Shown here: positions 57,701 through 60,000 of the stretch, piece after piece
Layout: each line of letters starts with the position of its first letter
How positions within the stretch are numbered: the stretch's first letter is position 1
Origin: Felis catus
Lineage: Eukaryota
Direction: 5' to 3'
DNA length: 60,000 nt
NCBI RefSeq assembly: GCF_018350175.1
Contig: NC_058368.1
Coordinates: forward strand, 87,918,001-87,978,000
The notes under the pieces: generated by a model
Database searches by the model: none
Told to the model about the DNA's origin: nothing
Seen by the model: only the letters and a program-made list of their open reading frames with translations
Made by a program: the position numbers and the translations under genes

Positions 57701-58055
57701 AAAGTCCATCCGGGTGTAATCCTGGATGGTCCCATCATCACCTTCCATCAAGGCTAGAGTATTACCCCCAAGTACTGACCTGTAACATCCAGGTGGAAGG
57801 ACACCTTCTCTCCCCTGGCCTCGCAGCTGTACTCCCCGGCATCTGCTCTCCCCGCTTGCTGCACCACCAGCTTCCTGCTGCAACCCTTGGCCTCCACACG
57901 CACTCTGGAGCTTGCACTCAGCTTCTTCCCATCCTTGTACCACATCACCTCCGTCTTGTCCTGGGCCACCTCGCAGCTCAATGTGGCACTGGCCCCTGCC
58001 TTGGCCTGAACCTCACTGCATGCCGGCTGCTCCTTGGCAAACACAGCTGCAAGCT
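1..58055 (-). CDS. OBSCN: Obscurin, internal part of the tandem Ig-domain region (40 exons in window; gene continues past both ends)
   Basis: Exon translations are I-set Ig domains with obscurin-type sequences (EPxxVFAKEQPARSEVQAKAGASATLSCEVAQ; ELPVTILRPLRDKIAMERHRGVLEC; ALPAKFTKSLRKEEATEGATATLxCELSK). Exons are co-linear and in frame, with phase-1 AG/GT junctions. Confidence 0.97.
360..446 (-). pseudogene. Decayed 5' fragment of a 264-bp class Ig exon
   Basis: ccAG then AMLARVIQSMR..., frameshifted EATATL-like codons, then loss of similarity. Confidence 0.65.
751..1014 (-). CDS. OBSCN: OBSCN exon, 264-bp class Ig domain (ALPATFTKSLRKEEAMEG...)
   Basis: cccAG acceptor, GTAAAG donor, open frame. 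Confidence 0.88.
1351..1614 (-). CDS. OBSCN: OBSCN exon, 264-bp class Ig domain
   Basis: cccAG acceptor, GTAAAG donor, open frame. Confidence 0.88.
1953..2216 (-). CDS. OBSCN: OBSCN exon, 264-bp class Ig domain (GLPAKFTKSLKKEEATEG...)
   Basis: cccAG acceptor, GTAAAG donor, open frame. Confidence 0.88.
2360..2446 (-). pseudogene. Decayed 5' fragment of a 264-bp class Ig exon
   Basis: ccAG CC ATG CTG GCC AGA GTC ATA CAA AGT ATG AGG, a 1-nt shift, then GAA GCC ACA GAA GAG GCC ACA GCC ACA TTG (EATEEATATL). Confidence 0.7.
2782..3045 (-). pseudogene. OBSCN: OBSCN 264-bp class Ig exon with intact frame but mutated donor (GT>AT); probable pseudoexon
   Basis: Acceptor and 88 codons are intact. The donor reads AGGG|ATAAAA where paralogs read G|GTAAAG. 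Read-through gives DKNHL then stop at 2765. Confidence 0.7.
3376..3639 (-). CDS. OBSCN: OBSCN exon, 264-bp class Ig domain (AMPAKFTKSLRKEEVTEG...)
   Basis: cccAG acceptor, GTAAAG donor, open frame. Confidence 0.88.
3783..3869 (-). pseudogene. Decayed 5' fragment of a 264-bp class Ig exon
   Basis: Paralog of the relics ending at 446 and 2446 (AVLARIIHIMR...). Confidence 0.6.
4173..4436 (-). CDS. OBSCN: OBSCN exon, 264-bp class Ig domain (ALPAQFIQNLKTQEAMEG...)
   Basis: cacAG acceptor, GTAAAG donor, open frame. Confidence 0.88.
5085..6935 (+). mobile_element. MLT1-type MaLR retroelement: LTR (~5085-5435), internal region (~5450-6600), LTR (~6602-6935)
   Basis: Two diverged MLT1-like LTRs (cccaaattcat..cctcagaa..gtctttaaagaggt..ggtgggccct..gacacag..ctccagcctccaggactg) flank a ~1.1-kb stretch resembling MLT1-int (gctttggaactg..ctagattgcc). 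Boundaries are approximate. Confidence 0.75.
5249..5285. repeat. (AC)n microsatellite within the MLT1 LTR
   Basis: Perfect AC run of about 18 units. Confidence 0.95.
7363..7626 (-). CDS. OBSCN: OBSCN exon, 264-bp class Ig domain
   Basis: cccAG acceptor, GTAAAG donor, open frame. Confidence 0.88.
7968..8231 (-). CDS. OBSCN: OBSCN exon, 264-bp class Ig domain
   Basis: ttcAG acceptor, GTAAAG donor, open frame. Confidence 0.88.
8573..8836 (-). CDS. OBSCN: OBSCN exon, 264-bp class Ig domain
   Basis: cccAG acceptor, GTAAAG donor; one of three exons spaced 605 bp apart. Confidence 0.88.
9105..9235 (-). pseudogene. Heavily decayed, internally deleted Ig exon relic
   Basis: Minus strand has AGGTACAGTCTAAGACAGGAT (RYSLRQD) fused to TGACCATGGAAGATGCTGG (LTMEDAG-like); degenerate SKAA and EWRKGPETL codons lie upstream. 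Confidence 0.6.
9985..11190. repeat. ~1.2-kb degenerate CACCT/CACAC low-complexity tandem repeat (G-rich on the OBSCN sense strand)
   Basis: Recurrent cacctcacctccacacc motifs; G is almost absent from the + strand. Confidence 0.9.
11574..11837 (-). CDS. OBSCN: OBSCN exon, 264-bp class Ig domain (ALPAEFIGRLRSKDAMEG...)
   Basis: cccAG acceptor, GTAAGG donor, open frame. Confidence 0.9.
12155..12418 (-). CDS. OBSCN: OBSCN exon, 264-bp class Ig domain (ALPAEFIGRLRSKEASEG...)
   Basis: gtAG acceptor, GTAAAG donor, 88 open codons. Confidence 0.9.
12506..12772 (-). CDS. OBSCN: OBSCN Ig exon (ARPVRFREGLKDLEVPEGG...MLTVK)
   Basis: 267 bp, AG acceptor, GTAAGC donor. Confidence 0.92.
12957..13328 (+). 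mobile_element. Solo MLT1-type (MaLR) LTR
   Basis: aattcatatgctggagccccaaccccc..tgtgactgtgtttggagat..ccaaggagagaggcctcag..ctggatctcagacttc..atggtatttgt. Confidence 0.8.
13530..13796 (-). CDS. OBSCN: OBSCN Ig exon (EKPSVFSRELTDATVTEG...IVRVH)
   Basis: 267 bp, AG acceptor, GTGAGT donor. Confidence 0.92.
14110..14382 (-). CDS. OBSCN: OBSCN Ig exon (GRKVLITEDLEDMEVREG...ALRVT)
   Basis: 273 bp, AG acceptor, GTGGGC donor. Confidence 0.92.
14718..14930 (+). mobile_element. CanSINE (feliform SINEC type)
   Basis: tRNA-derived head, (CT)n tract, AATAAA/A-tail, imperfect TSD agaaatagga/agaagtagga. Confidence 0.9.
15948..16214 (-). CDS. OBSCN: OBSCN Ig exon (EKANWFTDELTDLHVEEKG...RLLVQ)
   Basis: 267 bp, AG acceptor, GTGGGG donor. 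Confidence 0.92.
16358..16624 (-). CDS. OBSCN: OBSCN Ig exon (ERPAGITKPLEDQQAALG...SLRVE)
   Basis: 267 bp, AG acceptor, GTGACC donor. Confidence 0.92.
17223..17495 (-). CDS. OBSCN: OBSCN Ig exon (DLHVGITKRLKSVEVPEG...SLIIR)
   Basis: 273 bp, AG acceptor, GTGGGC donor. Confidence 0.92.
18540..19635. repeat. GC-rich minisatellite, core about 18 bp (cccctggacccggacccg) with higher-order variants
   Basis: Dozens of tggaccc-containing units ending about 15 bp from the donor of exon 19651-19917. Confidence 0.92.
19651..19917 (-). CDS. OBSCN: OBSCN Ig exon (AKPVVFLKALDDVSAEERG...RVSVH)
   Basis: 267 bp, AG acceptor, GTGCGT donor. Confidence 0.93.
20021..20287 (-). CDS. OBSCN: OBSCN Ig exon (AREVTVMQPMQDAEATEEG...RLEVK)
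   Basis: 267 bp, AG acceptor, GTGAGG donor. Confidence 0.93.
20663..20929 (-). CDS. OBSCN: OBSCN Ig exon (DIPMVLTRPLEPKAGRELQS...EVTVE)
   Basis: 267 bp, AG acceptor, GTAGCC donor. Confidence 0.93.
21058..21327 (-). CDS. OBSCN: OBSCN Ig exon (EQSITIVRGLQDVTVMEPAPAWFEC...RLVVS)
   Basis: 270 bp, AG acceptor, GTGAGC donor. Confidence 0.93.
21425..21691 (-). CDS. OBSCN: OBSCN Ig exon (ELPVTILRPLRDKIAMERHRG...QFFVE)
   Basis: 267 bp, AG acceptor, GTGCGG donor. Confidence 0.93.
22385..22489 (-). CDS. OBSCN: OBSCN exon, C-part of a split Ig domain (GRTYTLIYRRVLAEDAGEI...LRVK)
   Basis: 105 bp, tccAG acceptor, GTGAGG donor; 162+105=267. Confidence 0.88.
22577..22738 (-). CDS. OBSCN: OBSCN exon, N-part of a split Ig domain (GRNIQIVRPLEDVEVMEKEG...RIRQE)
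   Basis: 162 bp, AG acceptor, GTGAGC donor. Confidence 0.88.
22918..23071 (-). CDS. OBSCN: OBSCN exon, C-half of a split Ig domain (DGVELRVGK...ASLKVQ)
   Basis: 154 bp, ctcAG acceptor, GTAGGC donor. Confidence 0.88.
23170..23282 (-). CDS. OBSCN: OBSCN exon, N-half of a split Ig domain (ELPVRFSRPLQDVV...VRWLK)
   Basis: 113 bp; with the 154-bp next exon gives 267 bp; phase-0 internal junction. Confidence 0.88.
23451..23717 (-). CDS. OBSCN: OBSCN Ig exon (MRQVRLVRGLQAVEV...ARLTVT)
   Basis: 267 bp, AG acceptor, GTGCGT donor. Confidence 0.92.
23972..24238 (-). CDS. OBSCN: OBSCN Ig exon (EAPVLFRKKLEPQTVEERSS...KLTVE)
   Basis: 267 bp, AG acceptor, GTGAGT donor. Confidence 0.92.
25025..25294 (-). 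CDS. OBSCN: OBSCN Ig exon (APRMVKFMSGLSAVVAEEG...AALRVR)
   Basis: 270 bp, AG acceptor, GTACGT donor. Confidence 0.92.
25418..25684 (-). CDS. OBSCN: OBSCN Ig exon (EVAAKFCRPLEPVSGELGG...AQLSVS)
   Basis: 267 bp, AG acceptor, GTAGGC donor. Confidence 0.92.
25880..26164 (-). CDS. OBSCN: OBSCN Ig exon (ELEPETPTVERPGRREPLVVREHED...FPVQVE)
   Basis: 285 bp, cacAG acceptor, GTCAGA donor. Confidence 0.92.
27127..27402 (-). CDS. OBSCN: OBSCN exon, 276-bp class Ig domain (EPLAMFAKEQLACSEV...SFCLNIT)
   Basis: cccAG acceptor, GTGGGG donor, open frame. Confidence 0.88.
29055..29330 (-). CDS. OBSCN: OBSCN exon, 276-bp class Ig domain (EPSVMFAKEQPALSEV...)
   Basis: cccAG acceptor, GTCAGT donor, open frame. 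Confidence 0.9.
30155..30705. repeat. Compound (GATA)n/(GGTA)n/(GA)n microsatellite
   Basis: Several pure GATA runs interleaved with GGTA and GA tracts. Confidence 0.95.
30802..31020 (+). mobile_element. CanSINE (older, diverged)
   Basis: ggggtgcctgggtggtttagtcagttaag head, CT tract, (AAAT)n tail. Confidence 0.88.
32433..32650 (+). mobile_element. CanSINE
   Basis: ggggctcctgggtgactcagttggttaag head, CT tract, (AAAT)n tail. Confidence 0.88.
33302..33577 (-). CDS. OBSCN: OBSCN exon, 276-bp class Ig domain (EPTVVFAKEQPARSEV...SFLLDVT)
   Basis: ctcAG acceptor, GTTAGT donor, open frame. Confidence 0.9.
33703..33973. mobile_element. Tigger2/MER8-like DNA transposon terminal fragment
   Basis: attgtaagaatacag..ataatacatataaca..gtcaacag..gttaagtt..ggggagtcaaaagttata..ends in a TIR-like tcaactg; the other end is absent. 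Confidence 0.75.
35533..35808 (-). CDS. OBSCN: OBSCN exon, 276-bp class Ig domain (EPTVVFAKEQSARSEV...)
   Basis: ctcAG acceptor, GTCAGT donor, open frame. Confidence 0.9.
35921..36075 (-). mobile_element. Carnivore L1 3'-region fragment
   Basis: Closely matches 47503-47655 within the larger L1 3' end in this window. Confidence 0.85.
37672..37947 (-). CDS. OBSCN: OBSCN exon, 276-bp class Ig domain (EPTVVFAKEQPARSEV...SFCLDVT)
   Basis: ctcAG acceptor, GTCAGT donor, open frame. Confidence 0.9.
39865..40272 (-). mobile_element. 5'-truncated carnivore L1 3' end
   Basis: T-rich tail; ORF2 C-terminal remnant IKNEILPFATMWMELESTMLSEISQ; imperfect TSD gcta(c)ttgttgatttt; absent from the paralogous unit at ~44320. 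Confidence 0.85.
41340..41615 (-). CDS. OBSCN: OBSCN exon, 276-bp class Ig domain (EPAVMFAKEQPAHSEV...)
   Basis: cccAG acceptor, GTCAGT donor, open frame. Confidence 0.9.
42980..43375 (+). mobile_element. Short carnivore L1 3' end interrupted by a CanSINE
   Basis: ctcttaaaaactgagaa..caaac..gggcattgaggagggcacc..gagcactgggtgttgtatggaaaccaatttgacaataaa; reverse complement of 47280-47420. Confidence 0.85.
43010..43228 (+). mobile_element. Young feliform CanSINE nested in an L1 3' end
   Basis: CpG-retaining near-consensus sequence; TSD aaaaactgagaa on both sides. Confidence 0.93.
43590..43787 (-). mobile_element. CanSINE
   Basis: Reverse SINE head ggtgcccc at 43780-43787; TSD taaattt(t/g)ttacttta. 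Confidence 0.88.
45390..45665 (-). CDS. OBSCN: OBSCN exon, 276-bp class Ig domain (EPAAVFAKEQPAHSEV...)
   Basis: tccAG acceptor, GTCAGT donor, open frame. Confidence 0.9.
45845..46470. repeat. 44-bp minisatellite (ggtgggaccatacattctatccctgctcctcctgggctgttcca), about 14 copies
   Basis: Regular recurrence of accatacattctatc about every 44 bp. Confidence 0.95.
47230..47815 (-). mobile_element. 5'-truncated feliform L1 3' end
   Basis: T-rich tail, tttattgtcaaattggtttccatacaacacccagtgctc 3'UTR, ORF2 C-terminal sequence. Confidence 0.9.
49360..50071 (+). mobile_element. Solo LTR of a different ERV family nested in the provirus leader
   Basis: Terminal inverted repeats TGATGAGG...CCTCATCA, TATA-like gggtatagaa (~49898), AATAAA (~49971); no clear similarity to the host LTRs; no TSD seen. 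Confidence 0.7.
50321..52160 (+). pseudogene. ERV gag relic
   Basis: MGNKNS start; PPDSPLGRMLQYW..MIKFCCFVW; MHR-like QKEKEETPTACLQRL; zinc knuckle CYKCRRPGHFKREC; many stops and frameshifts; SINE insertion. Confidence 0.85.
51490..51698 (-). mobile_element. CanSINE inserted in ERV gag
   Basis: Reverse SINE ending ggtgcccc; gag resumes immediately (KAFEIQKEKEE). Confidence 0.9.
52190..53640 (+). pseudogene. ERV pro-pol relic with a large internal deletion
   Basis: Protease FLFDTEAAHS and PLGRDL; RT VQDLGAVNQ, VVDLKDDF, WTVLPQGF and QYVDEFL; jumps at ~53222 to integrase C-terminus (GLSAYELL, WQGPYEV). Confidence 0.87.
53650..55560 (+). pseudogene. ERV env relic (gamma-type TM)
   Basis: NKSNCYVC in SU; immunosuppressive domain WENRIALDMMLAEK at ~55167; CX6CC motif CVMLGDQCC after a frameshift; multiple stops. 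Confidence 0.85.
55622..56127 (+). mobile_element. ERV 3' LTR (506 bp)
   Basis: TGTGAGAA...TTCTCACA inverted termini; polypurine tract agaaaagaagaggtggga immediately upstream. Confidence 0.88.
56563..56782 (-). mobile_element. CanSINE
   Basis: Reverse SINE; TSD caag(a/g)ttctct. Confidence 0.9.
57780..58055 (-). CDS. OBSCN: OBSCN exon, 276-bp class Ig domain (ELAAVFAKEQPACSEV...SFHLDVT)
   Basis: cccAG acceptor, GTCAGT donor, 92 open codons. Confidence 0.85.
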
Positions 58056-58597
58056 CTGGGGACAGAGTCACCTTGCAAGTCAGGAAGGCAGCTCTGGTAA
58101 GAGGAGCCCGAATGGTGAGCTAGGGGGTCAGAAACTTCTCCAGGTTCTGCACCAGCTGTAAGGCCTGGAGAAGCCCCCTGCCTTTCCTAGAAATGGGTAA
58201 CCACAATCTATCTATACATTCTATCACTGTTCCATGTTGCTGCTGCAGGTGTGGACACTGGAGACATCCCTCTGCACAAGCTCCTCTAGGAAAGGATCTG
58301 TGGGGTTGTGATACATGCACACCCCAGCCTTCTCAGATGATGCAGAGTCTTTCCACAGGACTGTCAGGGAGGGAGTTCCCACTCTTGCCTCCCCTGTGTT
58401 GTCAACTGTTGGCAACTTGGTGGGACTGAAGTTGTCCCTCCCTGTGGTCCCATTAGTGATAAAGTGATGCACATTTTCTGATGTTTTTGGCCATTAGCAT
58501 TTCCTCTTTATGATGTCACTGTTCAAGATTTGCCCCATTTTCAATACCACTGTATGTTTCTCTTATATTCATTTTCAGGAGCTCTTTGTTAATTAAA

Positions 58598-58804
58598 TTT
58601 TTTTTAATATTTATTTATTTTTGAGAAAAAGAGATGGAGTGTGAGCAGGGGAGGAGCAGAGAGGGAGACACAGAATCTGAAGCAGGCTCCAGGCCCCGAG
58701 TTGTCAGCACAGAGCTCGATGTGGGGCTCGAACTCATAGAACTGTGAGATCATGACCTGAGCCAAAGTCAGACTGTCAACTGACTGAGCCACCCAGGCAC
58801 CCCA
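58598..58804 (-). mobile_element. CanSINE
   Basis: Reverse SINE; TSD agctctttgtta. Confidence 0.9.
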
Positions 58805-59069
58805 AGCTCTTTGTTACTTTAAATGCTAAAGGGTTTGGTCATTAAATGTCTTATTAAAATTCTCTCCATCTGTGTGTCTTGCATTTTCCCTTCTTCATGG
58901 TGTCTTCTGATCAAAGTTCTTAATACAGACAAACATACCAACTTGTCCTTTGTGATTAACCCATTTATTAAGTCTTTTGTTACATTTATGTCACTAAATA
59001 GTCTGCATTACCTGCTAAGAGCTAATCGTTTTACCTTTTACACTCAGGTCTCTACCCACCTGGAGTTGA

Positions 59070-59090
59070 TGTGTGTGTGTGTGTGTGTGT
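59070..59090. repeat. (TG)n microsatellite
   Basis: About 10 TG units. Confidence 0.9.
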
Positions 59091-59669
59091 GGTCTGTTCT
59101 GTATATTCCTTTTTTTTTAAGTTTTAATTTTTCCAAGTCTCTTATTAAAGTCTAATCATTAATCTTTTGGATTTTCTGAAATTGATATTATCTGTAAATT
59201 CCACGTTTGTCCCCATATTTTATACCTTTGTCTTATTTTCCTCCTTATTGTATTGCCCATTGTTGGACAGAAAGCCTCCTTACCTTGTTTCCAATCGCAA
59301 AGTCAAGTCTCTTTCATTTTAAGGGTGATTCTAGCTGGTATTTCCTGTAGTACTGTTTTCCAAATTAAATTAAGGAAGAAACCCTTTATCTATAGTCAGT
59401 TAATAATTTTATATTATGAGATTATGTTAAATTTTATCAAACATTTTTATTCAGCATTTATCGAGATAACCACAACATTTTTTTCTTTCAATCTGTTAAT
59501 ATCATGCACTGTTTTGTTTTTTTAATGTTTCTAATGTTAAAGCAACCAGACATTCTTGAACTATGACTTCCATCATAGTGTATTGCCTGCCTCATGTGTC
59601 GGATTACTTGGTTGACTAATATCTTGTTTAAGATTTTAGCTTTGATATTCATAAGATACTGGCCTGTAA

Positions 59670-59958
59670 TATTTTAATGTTTGCTTATTTTGAGAGAGAG
59701 AGACAGAGTATGAGCAGGGGAGGGGCAGAGAGAGGGAGACACAGAATCTGAAGCAGGCTCCAGGCTCTGAGCTGTCAGCACAGAGCACAATGCTGGGCTC
59801 AAACCCACATACCGTAAGATCATGACCTGAGCTGAAGTCGGACATTTAACCGACTGAGCCACCCAGGTCTCCCTTTAATTTTTTAAATGTTTATTTATTT
59901 TAGAGAGAGAGAGAGAGAAGATGGGCAGACAGAGAGGGAGACACAGAATACCAAGCAT
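59670..59958 (-). mobile_element. Full CanSINE (59670-59873) next to a 5'-truncated CanSINE 3' fragment (59875-59958)
   Basis: Two SINE tails in tandem, jointly flanked by tggcctgtaat. Confidence 0.8.
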
Positions 59959-60000
59959 TGGCCTGTAATTTTAACTCTACATGTTTTCCTTGTAAGATTT

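Noticed and set aside
1..58055. Alternative identity as OBSL1, titin or a cluster of separate Ig-family genes
   Set aside because: Domain sequences and order fit obscurin, and the exons join in one continuous frame with no signal-peptide, transmembrane, start or stop exons.

Overview
Mammalian genomic DNA, most likely from a feliform carnivore, judged from the Feliformia-type CanSINEs and carnivore L1 3' ends. The whole window lies inside the obscurin gene (OBSCN) on the minus strand; neither the start nor the end of the gene is in the window. I resolved 40 Ig-domain exons by reading AG/GT boundaries. They form three blocks: (i) eight 276-bp paralogous exons at 27.1-58.1 kb, each inside a multi-kb duplicated intron unit; (ii) twenty single-copy exons at 12.5-26.2 kb encoding 18 Ig domains, two of them split over two exons; (iii) twelve 264-bp paralogous exons at 0-12.4 kb, many in ~600-bp tandem units. 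All domain junctions are phase 1, so whole domains can be skipped or included in frame. The arrays show exon birth and death: one exon has a GT>AT donor mutation, four decayed exon relics sit in introns, and there are apparent gene-conversion tracts. Introns also carry a ~7.2-kb decayed class I (HERV-IP-like) provirus antisense to the gene with a second LTR nested in it, a complete MLT1/MaLR element, CanSINEs, L1 3' fragments, a Tigger2/MER8-like end and several mini- and microsatellites. I find no evidence for a new gene or a new molecular system; the interest lies in the evolution of the Ig-exon arrays.
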